NCBI GenBank assembly: GCA_027022365.1
Contig: JALVYU010000011.1
Coordinates: forward strand, 1-64,000
Source: Desulfurococcales archaeon
GTDB taxonomy: Archaea > Thermoproteota > Thermoprotei_A > Sulfolobales > Desulfurococcaceae
DNA: 64,000 nt
Reading direction: 5' to 3'
Within the stretch, counting starts at the first letter, position 1, and every line of letters begins with the position of its first letter. Made by a program: the position numbers and the translations under genes. Positions 46,284 to 56,171 of the stretch are shown here, piece by piece. Below the pieces are notes generated by a model that worked only from the letters and a program-made list of their open reading frames with translations, was not told the DNA's origin and did not search any database.

Positions 46284-47594
46284 TTGGACAACACTATCCT
46301 GATAAAGAATGCAAAATACATAATTACTCCCGACGAAGGAGGCGATAGAACATATATTCTTCGTGATAAAGATATTCTTATAGAGAACGGTGTAATCATA
46401 TGTATTTCTAGTTCATGTAGTGAATTCTCTCCTCGCGGAACCATCAGAATAAATGCAGATAAACACGTGGTAATGCCGGCTATGATTAACTGCCACACGC
46501 ATGCAGCCATGAAAATATTCAAGGGCAGTCTTCCAGACAAGGAGTTTTGGGAATGGCTGGACAAGATCGTCAAAATAGAAGAAAAGGTCATTACTAAGGA
46601 ACTAGTGTATCAGGGATCTAAACTAGCTTCTATTGAAATGTTATTGAATGGAATCATAGGCTTTATTGACATGTACTATTATCCAGACGAGACCGTCAAG
46701 GCCGCATCAGAGTATGGGTTGCTTGTTAGGACAGGGCCATACAGGCCGGATAATGCATATGCGGTACTGTCGATCATAAAAAATTATCCTAACGGATATC
46801 CGCTCATAAACATTCATAGCCTGTACAAGAACGATCCAGAAATTATTGATAAAATGTACGCATTAGCCGAAGAACATGGTTTACCCATCCACATACATGT
46901 CTCCGAGACACGTAGAGAAGTGTATCTTATACGTCGGGAGACGGGGAAATGGCCTATACAGTACATGTATAGTAATGGGTGGTTAAACGAGAATGTTATA
47001 CTTGTGCATCTTAACTGGGTTCTAAGCTCGGAGATTCCTTTGATCAAAGAAAAGAACACTAAGGTCGTGAATTGTCCGCACTCAGCAATGAGGCTCGCAG
47101 AGGCCGGTTTCTGTCCGGTGTACGAAATACTTCGTGAAGGCATTATTCTCGGCGCGGGTACGGATGGATCTAGCGGTGACAGATACAATTTGTTGGACGA
47201 GATCAGAATGATGCTTCTCTTATACCGTCATAATTACTGGGATACAAGGCTTAAACTCCCATATCTCTTCTCTAAGATCACGACCAACTCCTACAAGATC
47301 TTTGGTATCAAGGGTGGCGTGATAAAACCGGGTTGGCCAGCGCATTTGTCCCTGTTCAAAATAGACAATATCCGGCATAGACCCTTAGGTACTAGTAACT
47401 TGTTGGCAAGCCTTATATTGGGTGGCGGTGCTGAAGCCGACTATGTAATGATAAATGGAGGTTTAGTCCTCACTCCTGAGATGAAGACCAAACTTTACAC
47501 TGATGCGGAGATAGTGTCGGATGAGATTGAGGAAAAACTGATGAGGATCATAGATTACTATGAAGGTGTGCCAATTGAACGAAAAACAATATAG
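46284..47594 (+). CDS. Amidohydrolase, MTA/SAH deaminase-like (AtzA/TrzA family)
   Basis: INCHTHAAM, DMYY, HIHVSET, LVH, CPHS and GTDG. Confidence 0.85.
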   Translation: MDNTILIKNAKYIITPDEGGDRTYILRDKDILIENGVIICISSSCSEFSPRGTIRINADKHVVMPAMINCHTHAAMKIFKGSLPDKEFWEWLDKIVKIEEKVITKELVYQGSKLASIEMLLNGIIGFIDMYYYPDETVKAASEYGLLVRTGPYRPDNAYAVLSIIKNYPNGYPLINIHSLYKNDPEIIDKMYALAEEHGLPIHIHVSETRREVYLIRRETGKWPIQYMYSNGWLNENVILVHLNWVLSSEIPLIKEKNTKVVNCPHSAMRLAEAGFCPVYEILREGIILGAGTDGSSGDRYNLLDEIRMMLLLYRHNYWDTRLKLPYLFSKITTNSYKIFGIKGGVIKPGWPAHLSLFKIDNIRHRPLGTSNLLASLILGGGAEADYVMINGGLVLTPEMKTKLYTDAEIVSDEIEEKLMRIIDYYEGVPIERKTI

Positions 47595-48009
47595 AAAACT
47601 AGCTATAGCCGCTGTTATAGCGACTTTCACGGCATTTATATCATCTATTATAGCATATGTTCGTGGTTACGGTAGAATTTATGCTGGCTACGCGTTTTTC
47701 TGGCTATTAATGTTCCTGCTAGACTTGTACTTGCTGAAACACCCGCCAGAACTGAGATCAGAAGGAATTGATTGCAAATATCTTGAGGAGCTAGCCCGTA
47801 TAATAGCTGGTCTGGAAGACAAGTATAGTATGGCTAAGAAAGCATCAAGGATGCTTAGCGAAGGCCTCACAGACAAGATCAGGGCTATCTGTGGAGATAA
47901 TACACTATCACTACTGAACCGACTATTGGAGGGCGATGAAAGTATTAGGGAAAAACTTATTGAAGCACTGGATAACTGTTATGCTACTCGTTGTCGTGAA
48001 GCGAGATAA
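47560..48009 (+). CDS. Hypothetical membrane protein (2 TM)
   Basis: Two N-terminal hydrophobic helices followed by a soluble helical tail. Confidence 0.55.
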   Translation: MKVCQLNEKQYRKLAIAAVIATFTAFISSIIAYVRGYGRIYAGYAFFWLLMFLLDLYLLKHPPELRSEGIDCKYLEELARIIAGLEDKYSMAKKASRMLSEGLTDKIRAICGDNTLSLLNRLLEGDESIREKLIEALDNCYATRCREAR

Positions 48010-48793
48010 TCCATCGCATCCTTGCGTGTTTGAGAACAGGGATTAGCTTCCTTGCATCATAAACGCTCTCCTTATCAATGCTGATCTCCACGTATCCAGG
48101 CCTTGGACCTAGATCAATTATCCTATAGCCGTAAGGGCTAAATACACCGCTTCGACCAACATATTTTTCACCGCTATGGCTCGACAATATGATATAAATA
48201 GTGTTTTCATGGGCTCTTGTCACCAAAATATGTTCTAGGATTTCTTCTTTTAGCGGTCCTCTAACCCATCCCGCCTGTACGATCACGGATTCAGCTCCTT
48301 TCAAAGCATATGTTCTGAAGAGCTCGGGGAACCTGATATCATAACATATTGCAAACCCTGCCTTCACTCCCGCTAACTCGACTATCTGCGACGGCGACTC
48401 GCCGGGTATAAAATAATCCGATTCCCTATACCCATAAGCGTCGAATAGATGTATCTTCCTATAAACAGGCTCAATCCTTCCCGATGGGTGGATTAGAACT
48501 GTTGTGCTTCGAGATAATGGCGGTGTATCGGTTTTCTCGATAAGGTGTGCAACTATGATTGCAGAGTATTTCAGTGCCATATCAGATAGACTAGATAGAT
48601 ACGCACTATCTTCGAGGGGCTCAGCGATATCGTATACTCGTTCTGGTTTAAGTGATAATACATCCGCCATAGAGTACTCGGGGAGAACAACTATATCTGC
48701 CATATTGTAGCTACGATCAAGTATTTCTCCCGTGATCTTCAAGTTCTCTATGGGATTTATACCGTATCCTGCCTGCAGAACACCAACTATCAT
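47984..48793 (-). CDS. Carbon-nitrogen hydrolase (nitrilase superfamily, Nit1-like)
   Basis: Catalytic triad motifs VLPEY, YRKIHLFD and ICYDIRFPE; RAHEN. Confidence 0.9.
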   Translation of the reverse strand: MIVGVLQAGYGINPIENLKITGEILDRSYNMADIVVLPEYSMADVLSLKPERVYDIAEPLEDSAYLSSLSDMALKYSAIIVAHLIEKTDTPPLSRSTTVLIHPSGRIEPVYRKIHLFDAYGYRESDYFIPGESPSQIVELAGVKAGFAICYDIRFPELFRTYALKGAESVIVQAGWVRGPLKEEILEHILVTRAHENTIYIILSSHSGEKYVGRSGVFSPYGYRIIDLGPRPGYVEISIDKESVYDARKLIPVLKHARMRWIISLHDNE

Positions 48794-48836
48794 TACATGT
48801 TCATCTCCATACTCTAAGAACGGCTTCTGGGTTATT

Positions 48837-49199
48837 TTACCCGTTCGCTATTCCTTTCTTCTTAAGCAGTAGTTTCTTGACTTCACTAGTGGTATTCTTG
48901 GTAAGGATCTCGTTTAGATCATAGACTTCTATTTTGATATCCTTAACTCTGAATTCTCCACCCCCCGTATTATATTCAAGGATAATATTGACTATAGCTT
49001 CTTTTGGTACCTCAAACTTATTAATAAGAACTTCATAGATAGCCGTATTTATCTCGCTAATCTTCGTGTTTACTTCTCTAGAACTAATCTTCTTCTCTCT
49101 ATAGAGAGGCCTTAAGGAGGCATTAACTACCCTCCTAAGCTTTATGGCATAACCGCTGACCCTAACAGGCCCTGTCCTGACCACAGGCAATTTTACCAT
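48837..49199 (-). CDS. ThermoDBP-related (DUF2258-like) single-stranded nucleic-acid-binding protein
   Basis: RTGPVRVSGYAIKLRRV N-terminus, EINTAIYEVL helix and IKIEVY strand. Confidence 0.65.
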   Translation of the reverse strand: MVKLPVVRTGPVRVSGYAIKLRRVVNASLRPLYREKKISSREVNTKISEINTAIYEVLINKFEVPKEAIVNIILEYNTGGGEFRVKDIKIEVYDLNEILTKNTTSEVKKLLLKKKGIANG

Positions 49200-49256
49200 C
49201 CAAGTAAATGATTTTGTCTATGGATCATAATATTCCTTATCATGTGAGGTGAGCTT

Positions 49257-49691
49257 ATGCCATACAAAGTGCCGAGATTAGCAGATATCAATGCCCGCTC
49301 CAAGCTTTTCAAGCATAAGAAAAAACTCTTGATTATAGGTCGTTGCGTCGAATTAGAACACCCCGATATACTTGCTCGATTCCCAAGAGAAGAATATGGA
49401 GTGCTCAGCGTATGCCTCGAGGCCGAGCATGTAAACATGGTGGGATTCAAGCTTGCCGGTATACTTGCGAGAGGTAGTTATGAAGAGGTAGCTGTCCTCA
49501 CAGTTGACGGGAGTCTTCACTGCACCCAGCTACACTGGATGGTTGAGGAAACATGTAGGATCCTCGGCGATAGAGCTCCCAGTAGAAGCCATTACGTTAT
49601 TTACAAAGGTAAGCTATATAGAATAGGAGAAGACGTGGTCAAGACAAGCAGGTATCTCTACAAGGTCAATAAACTCGTGTCAGGACAATAA
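49257..49691 (+). CDS. Small Cys/His-containing protein, putative Fe-S-related
   Basis: IIGRCV, SVCLEAEH and TVDGSLHC; GAGGTGA RBS. Confidence 0.6.
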   Translation: MPYKVPRLADINARSKLFKHKKKLLIIGRCVELEHPDILARFPREEYGVLSVCLEAEHVNMVGFKLAGILARGSYEEVAVLTVDGSLHCTQLHWMVEETCRILGDRAPSRSHYVIYKGKLYRIGEDVVKTSRYLYKVNKLVSGQ

Positions 49692-49702
49692 TCGCCTTAC
49701 GG

Positions 49703-50491
49703 GTGTATATGGATTTGATGAATTCATCTGTGGAGAGGATACTGAAAGCCTTCGACCTCTCAGTAAAACGTATGCTTTCAATGAAAGGTCTTGACAGCAG
49801 GTTCATAATCCTAGGCACTGTAATGACGTATGTCTGGCTCGCCGTTATGGTGTTTATGAATATCTATGATCCCAACAACATATTCCTACAGCTAATAGGA
49901 ATGATAACAGGTTTCGTGGGTCTTACCGTTATTTTTGCTTTTCAAGTAATCCTCTCCTACAGGATATGCGAACATGTAAAACTCGCGGGATATTATATCT
50001 CCTACGCCAGGGACATCATATCATTGGCCAGTAAGGAAGTCCTACAAGAATATGACGAGTTCCTAGAGGAGGCTTACCTATATAAGTGTCCACATACAGA
50101 GTACAGCCCCTTAGCACTGATCCTTGGTTATCTAGCCATACTATCCATGTACATCTATATCGCGCCTCTCTTCTATGCTGGATACTTGGCCATACTCGGT
50201 ATTTTCGCATACACATTATATGATGCGGTCATAGAGCATCAAGAGATCGAGAGAAAAGTCAATAGGCTTCTCCTCAAGCTTATCGGCATGGATGATGAGA
50301 CAATGTCTTTCCATGAACCGCCAGATTTTAAACCAACATATGTATTGACCACCGTGTTTACTCTAGGGCTACATTTATTCGTCTGGTTATCGTGGATTAA
50401 TTCCTACCTTGATGCCCACATAGTCGACCATAGGAGAATGTATGAATTATTCAAAAAACGGTATGTCAGCATGTACTTGAGCCGGTCATGA
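49703..50491 (+). CDS. Hypothetical integral membrane protein
   Basis: Several TM helices with spaced His residues (EHV, EHQ, AHIVDH). Confidence 0.6.
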   Translation: MYMDLMNSSVERILKAFDLSVKRMLSMKGLDSRFIILGTVMTYVWLAVMVFMNIYDPNNIFLQLIGMITGFVGLTVIFAFQVILSYRICEHVKLAGYYISYARDIISLASKEVLQEYDEFLEEAYLYKCPHTEYSPLALILGYLAILSMYIYIAPLFYAGYLAILGIFAYTLYDAVIEHQEIERKVNRLLLKLIGMDDETMSFHEPPDFKPTYVLTTVFTLGLHLFVWLSWINSYLDAHIVDHRRMYELFKKRYVSMYLSRS

Positions 50492-52468
50492 AGCCTTAAT
50501 TGTCCCAATATCATCAGGGATCTTATAGCCGGGGAGCAGCGAAGCGATCTTCTTAATACGTTCTTTGTCACGAATATATTCTATGAAGGCCTTCACATAC
50601 TCCTTGTCTAACCTATTCTTGTGTATTAGGAAGTCGTATTCCTCCCACGCCAATGGTATGAAATCTAATCCGTAGAGGTAGGCTGCAGCCTCTATCGCTA
50701 TGCCTGCATCTGCTCTTCCATGCTTTACTGCGGCGGCGACAGCCGTGTGTGTTTTCACCTCATAGGTGTAGCCGTTGATCATCTTTTTAACATCGTCAAA
50801 ACTCAACCCTTTCTTCTCAGCTACTCTGTGGAGAAGGATATCCAGGAGAACTCTGGCGCCTGCCCCCCTTGTCCTGTTGACTATTCTGATATCATTTCTT
50901 AGGAAATCCTCTATGCTGTGTATGTTTTTCGGATTGCCTTCCTGGACGACTATACCTATCTTTCTATCATATCCTCTAATGATGACTGCTTTACCCTTCA
51001 AACCATATTTGTCTAGGAACGGTGTATTGTATTTCCCTGTTTCCTTATCGAGAAGATGTGTGGGCGCTATATCGGCCTCACCTCTGATAACGGCTTTCCA
51101 ACCTCCCGTGCTCCCCGTCACGATCACTCTAGAAATACTTCTTAATCCTGATTCGGCGAGAATACGGTGGATCAACATGTCGTTGCTACCTATAATGTTT
51201 AGTTTACTGAATCCTCTCGTCTCATCGAATAACTCCACAGTAACTTCTTCATCTTCTATCAGTAGATCTCTATCTTCAGGTAAGACCACGTATCCATCAC
51301 TATTGTATAGAGGCGATATCGCACCGCTCCTCATAGAGACGGGGTAGGCCGTTAATCCTTTCTCTGACTCGACGAGTGCAACGGGCAGTAGCCATGTCTT
51401 GCCTAGGGGTTTCTTGACCCTATAGGGAAGCCTAGCCTTTAGCCTGTATGTTCTTGTCCTCTTTAAGCCAAGCATAGACGCCACTATGGGCCTGACTATC
51501 ACGTTGAATATCATAAAGCATGACAAAGGAAACCCGGGAAGACCGAACAATAATTTATTCTTGGCGACAGCAACAACTGTTGGTTTTCCGGGCTTTACCT
51601 TGAGGCCATGTATAATTATTCCAGGCTCACCCATGTTCTCGAACACCCTATAAACCAGGTCTCCCACCCCAGCGCTTGTTCCCCCACTGGTTATGACTAT
51701 ATCTGCCCATCTCAGCGCGTCATCAATCGCATCGTATACTTCATCGTAGTCGTCGGGGAGATGGCCCATGAACCTTGCGTCCGCCCCTATTTGTTTGAGT
51801 CCTGATGTGATGAGCTGGCCGTTAACATCATAGACTTTTCCCGGGCTTAGCTTCTTCCAGGGCTCTATGACCTCGTCACCGGTCGAGAAAACCGCTATCT
51901 TTGGGGGGATGTAGGTCTTTATCCTGGTTATTCCCAGACCTGCGAGTAAACCTATCTCTCTGAATCCTAGTCTTGTGCCCGCCTCGAGGACGAGGTCTCC
52001 GAACGATATATCGTTTCCTGTTGAAGAGATGTTTTCTCCAGGTACGACGCTCCTATATATCTCGACCTCATCGTTAAGCCTACGCGTGTACTCGACCATG
52101 ACAACAGCGTCTGCCCCTCGCGGGATCATCGCGCCCGTCGCTATCTCAGCCGTTTCTCTTGGACCTATGCTTATATCGGGGTGTTGGCCAGGCTTAACTA
52201 CACCTACTATTTTCAAGCGCATTGGATGAAGATCGTCCGCCCCTGCAAGATCCTCGGATCGCACCGCGTACCCGTCGACTAGACTTCTGTCAAAAGGAGG
52301 GTGATCGATGGGTGAATATATGTCTTCGGCCAATACTCTTCCTAGAGCCTCCGTTATATTTACCTCCTCTATACCGAGCGGTTTGAGCGGATAGTATCGC
52401 TCTATAATCTTCATGGCATCATTGAGAGACACTAGTTTATGGAAAATCCTTCTCTCCGGCACTTCCAA
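50486..52468 (-). CDS. moeA: Molybdopterin molybdotransferase MoeA fused to a LysR/PBP-type substrate-binding domain
   Basis: PPFDRSLVDGYA, TGDE, SGGTS, KPGKP and LPGFP; C-terminal GSND, NRTRGAG and THTAVA. Confidence 0.93.
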   Translation of the reverse strand: MEVPERRIFHKLVSLNDAMKIIERYYPLKPLGIEEVNITEALGRVLAEDIYSPIDHPPFDRSLVDGYAVRSEDLAGADDLHPMRLKIVGVVKPGQHPDISIGPRETAEIATGAMIPRGADAVVMVEYTRRLNDEVEIYRSVVPGENISSTGNDISFGDLVLEAGTRLGFREIGLLAGLGITRIKTYIPPKIAVFSTGDEVIEPWKKLSPGKVYDVNGQLITSGLKQIGADARFMGHLPDDYDEVYDAIDDALRWADIVITSGGTSAGVGDLVYRVFENMGEPGIIIHGLKVKPGKPTVVAVAKNKLLFGLPGFPLSCFMIFNVIVRPIVASMLGLKRTRTYRLKARLPYRVKKPLGKTWLLPVALVESEKGLTAYPVSMRSGAISPLYNSDGYVVLPEDRDLLIEDEEVTVELFDETRGFSKLNIIGSNDMLIHRILAESGLRSISRVIVTGSTGGWKAVIRGEADIAPTHLLDKETGKYNTPFLDKYGLKGKAVIIRGYDRKIGIVVQEGNPKNIHSIEDFLRNDIRIVNRTRGAGARVLLDILLHRVAEKKGLSFDDVKKMINGYTYEVKTHTAVAAAVKHGRADAGIAIEAAAYLYGLDFIPLAWEEYDFLIHKNRLDKEYVKAFIEYIRDKERIKKIASLLPGYKIPDDIGTIKAS

Positions 52469-52562
52469 AGCACCTTGACAAGCCTTGATATAAAGTCCAT
52501 GTTACCTGTAGATAAAATATCCAGTTTATACCGTTTTTATTATACTGTGGCAGAATGGTGGC

Positions 52563-54710
52563 TTGTTAATGGAAGTGGATAAGCTCGTTGATTATGGTCT
52601 TCCAAACACTGTTGTCGAGGTATTGAAGAAACGAGGAATCAAGAGCTTGAATCCCGTGCAGGCAGAGGCTGTTAAGAAAGGATTATTGTCCGGCGAGAAC
52701 TTGGTCGTAGCATCGCCTACCGCCAGCGGTAAAACCCTTATCGGCGAACTAGCTCTTGTCAAGGCCGCTCTCGAGGATGGTATGGGTCTTTATCTTGTCC
52801 CATTAAGGGCTCTTGCATCGGAGAAGTATGATGAGTTCAAGAACTGGCAAGAACTAGGCCTCAAAATAGGGATCTCTACTGGCGACTATGAATCCCCGGG
52901 CGAGTATCTAGCCAGATACAATATCGTTGTAGCTACTTATGAGAGATTCGATAGCTTGCTACGGCTTAGGCCGCGTTGGCTCAACAGGATTAGAACCATT
53001 GTTGTTGACGAGCTACACATGATCGGCGATCCCGAAAGAGGCCCCGTCCTGGAAATGATTATCGCGAGACTAAGGAATACAGGTGTCCAAATAGTCGGGC
53101 TATCCGCAACGATCAGTAATGCGGATGTACTGGCCGAATGGCTGGAAGGAGAATTGGTAAGAAGTGATTGGAGACCGGTAAAGCTGGTTGAGGGAGCCTT
53201 TGACAGAAGGCGTCACACAATAGTATTCGTTGATGGTAGGAAAGAGAAGGTGGTACATCGCCTGGGCTCCTCTGCTCTCTCGATAGCACTACATAGTGTT
53301 GAGCATGGAATACAGGTACTGGTATTTGTAAATAATAGAAGGAAAGCAGAAGAATGGGCTTTCAGGCTTTCCGAGCACATGAAGATATTAGTGCACCTAA
53401 TCGATAAGAACAAGCTCGAAGAACTGCTTTTAAGGCTCAGCGAGTCTCCAAGCAGGAAAGAACGGGAAATGCTCGAGAAACTACTTAGGAAAGGCGTTGC
53501 TTATCACCATGCGGGATTGACGAGTATTGCGAGGAAAGTAGTCGAGGAAGCATTTAGAGAAAAAATAGTCAAGGCGGTCTTCGCCACACCTACGCTCGCA
53601 GCAGGTGTTAACCTGCCTGCACGCAGGGTGCTTGTCTCGATCAAAAGATATGATCCGTATAGGAGGAGAATGGTTGGAATACCTGTTTTCGAGTACAAGC
53701 AAATGGCTGGTAGAGCTGGTAGGCCTATGTATGATGATATAGGTGAGGCGATTATCTATGATGCAACCAGTATCTCAGAAGCAGCCAAATATATCAGGGG
53801 AGAACCCGAGCCCGTAGTTAGTAGGCTAAATAATGAAAGGAGCCTAAGAATACACACGCTCTCACTGATCGCTACAGGCCAAGCACAGAGCATAAAGGAG
53901 CTCATCAAAGTATACAGGGAGACACTATTCTTCAAACAATACGGTAGTACAAGATATCTCGAAAACCTACTGGATAATATAGTCGATGAGCTCATCGACT
54001 GGGACATGGTAAGATATAGGTCGGGAATACTGGAGCCTACGAGGATCGGTACATTAACAGCCATAACATACCTCGACCCATTATCAGTACATAGGTATCT
54101 CTCGCTCGTGAAAGATGGGGCAGGCGCATTCTATCTATTACACCTCATAGCATACACACCGGACTATTTACGGAGCAAACCATATATCAACTATAAGGTG
54201 GTAGATTACCTAGAGCCTGAAGCCTGGGATCTCGCTGAAGAAGGAGTGATACCAGAGCCTCCTCAAGACGAGTTCGACTACCAGCTATGGCTACAAGCCT
54301 TTGTACAGGCAAAGATGCTTCACGACTGGATAAACGAGGTGTCAGAAGACAATATAGTCTCAAAATATGGTGTAGGGCCAGGCGACATATACTCGGCTAG
54401 AGACACGGCTGCATGGATCGCTTCGGGGCTTTCAAGGATTGAGCGCCAAAGAAATCCCGACATCGCGGATAAGCTCGAGAAACTAAGTATGAGGCTAGAA
54501 TACGGAGTTAAAGAGGATGCGCTAGAACTCGTAAAGATAGAAGGTATAGGCAGAGTAAGAGCACGCATACTTCTCAGCCACGGTATAAGGAGTATAAGAG
54601 ATCTAGCGAAGATGACCGTAGAGGAACTATCCAAGCTCCCTACCTTCGGCCCCAAGATCTCTGAAACCGTTATACGAGAGGCTAAAGCCAGAGTAGAGGT
54701 ACATGACTAG
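52563..54710 (+). CDS. hel308: Ski2-like ATP-dependent DNA helicase Hel308/Hjm
   Basis: PTASGKT, DELH, SAT, HHAGL, TPTLAAGVNLP and QMAGRAGRP; C-terminal HhH with GIGRVRAR. Confidence 0.95.
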   Translation: MLMEVDKLVDYGLPNTVVEVLKKRGIKSLNPVQAEAVKKGLLSGENLVVASPTASGKTLIGELALVKAALEDGMGLYLVPLRALASEKYDEFKNWQELGLKIGISTGDYESPGEYLARYNIVVATYERFDSLLRLRPRWLNRIRTIVVDELHMIGDPERGPVLEMIIARLRNTGVQIVGLSATISNADVLAEWLEGELVRSDWRPVKLVEGAFDRRRHTIVFVDGRKEKVVHRLGSSALSIALHSVEHGIQVLVFVNNRRKAEEWAFRLSEHMKILVHLIDKNKLEELLLRLSESPSRKEREMLEKLLRKGVAYHHAGLTSIARKVVEEAFREKIVKAVFATPTLAAGVNLPARRVLVSIKRYDPYRRRMVGIPVFEYKQMAGRAGRPMYDDIGEAIIYDATSISEAAKYIRGEPEPVVSRLNNERSLRIHTLSLIATGQAQSIKELIKVYRETLFFKQYGSTRYLENLLDNIVDELIDWDMVRYRSGILEPTRIGTLTAITYLDPLSVHRYLSLVKDGAGAFYLLHLIAYTPDYLRSKPYINYKVVDYLEPEAWDLAEEGVIPEPPQDEFDYQLWLQAFVQAKMLHDWINEVSEDNIVSKYGVGPGDIYSARDTAAWIASGLSRIERQRNPDIADKLEKLSMRLEYGVKEDALELVKIEGIGRVRARILLSHGIRSIRDLAKMTVEELSKLPTFGPKISETVIREAKARVEVHD

Positions 54711-54770
54711 TATGATTAGTTTTTATATACTCATCACGATGAATAAGATGTTAATGCAAGGTGAACATTT

Positions 54771-56156
54771 ATGTCATCTACATGGAATATGCTGGTGAAT
54801 GCCTTCACTAACATGGTCATAGAAATAATCAACTATTTGCCGAAGATAATAGCTGCCATAATAATCATACTCATAGGATACATGATCGGCTACCTCGTCA
54901 AAAAAGGAACTAAGGCCCTCATAGATAAACTGCTATCTGGCGTCATCAAGAAGACAAGGATTGGGCAGAGCATGATCGAGTCAGGCGTAGATCTAGGCAG
55001 TCTTGTAGGCAATGTCCTCCTTGCACTGATCATTGCGTTGTCAGTTCTCGTATCCGTGACAATACTGGGTTTCACGGGCTATGTTGGATCAATAATTGTG
55101 TTGGCTGCCCAGATAATATTCAAAATAGTTGCCGGTCTATCGATAATTGTGATCGGTATACCTGTTATCCTAGTTCTTTCAGAATATATTGCAATGTTCT
55201 TCAGTAAAATGTTCCGCGAAAAACATGATCTAATGACTGAGCTTATATACGATGTATCAGTTCTTGTTCTATCGATATTCATATTATCGGTAGCTATTGA
55301 CGTTATGTTCAACTACTCACTACTTCTCAACTATTTGATCACCTCTGCACCCGCCTTCATAGGGGCCGCCATAATCCTCATCATAGGCTATGTTATTGGA
55401 GATACTATTGGTAAGATAGTAAACCGTATAGTGAGCCAGATCCTAGATAGGCCTCTCGAAGCAACCGATATAGGACGTACGATCAAGAATATGAACATTA
55501 ATATATCTGATCTAATAGGGGGCCTTACAAAGGCATTCATAATAGTGGTAGCGATCGTTGCAGCAGTCGAGATAATGAATATAGGCGGCCTAACAGGACA
55601 GCTGGTATACCAGGTGGCCGTCTACCTGCCCAAGCTAATCGGAGGCATAACCGTTCTAACGCTAGGACTAATACTCAGTATTGGGTTAGCAAGGTACATT
55701 GGTAAATTCCTCCAAAAAGCCTTCAGTAACGGGTTCGAGGATGTAGCGAAACTCGTGGAGAACCTGATCCTGCTAGGTCTAACAGCAGTAGTTATAACTA
55801 TCGCTCTAAACATACTCATGCTTCAAGGATCACTCATATACCCGCTAATACTAGGCATACTAGTCATAGCCTCCGGCATCTATATTGCTGGGGTCGCCGG
55901 CAAGATACTGGCAAAGATCCATCCCACCTATAAGTACACGGTGCCACTTATCGAAACCATGATAATACTTTCGTTTTCAATAATCGGTATCGCCGGGATA
56001 TTTGCAGAATACACTGGAGCCGTTGATGTTATAAAGAACATATCGTGGGGAATAGCCATAGCATTTGCCGCATTACTAGTACCAATAATATTCCACTACA
56101 CGAGGCTGGCTTGGAGAACAGTACCCGAAGAGGAAGAAAAGCGAAATAATCAATGA
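54771..56156 (+). CDS. Conserved TM-helix-repeat membrane protein (CmpX/MscS-associated type)
   Basis: YLPKIIAAIIIILIG repeated as YLPKLIGGI; internal duplication; no soluble MscS cage domain visible. Confidence 0.7.
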   Translation: MSSTWNMLVNAFTNMVIEIINYLPKIIAAIIIILIGYMIGYLVKKGTKALIDKLLSGVIKKTRIGQSMIESGVDLGSLVGNVLLALIIALSVLVSVTILGFTGYVGSIIVLAAQIIFKIVAGLSIIVIGIPVILVLSEYIAMFFSKMFREKHDLMTELIYDVSVLVLSIFILSVAIDVMFNYSLLLNYLITSAPAFIGAAIILIIGYVIGDTIGKIVNRIVSQILDRPLEATDIGRTIKNMNINISDLIGGLTKAFIIVVAIVAAVEIMNIGGLTGQLVYQVAVYLPKLIGGITVLTLGLILSIGLARYIGKFLQKAFSNGFEDVAKLVENLILLGLTAVVITIALNILMLQGSLIYPLILGILVIASGIYIAGVAGKILAKIHPTYKYTVPLIETMIILSFSIIGIAGIFAEYTGAVDVIKNISWGIAIAFAALLVPIIFHYTRLAWRTVPEEEEKRNNQ

Positions 56157-56171
56157 GGATGCACGTGTATC

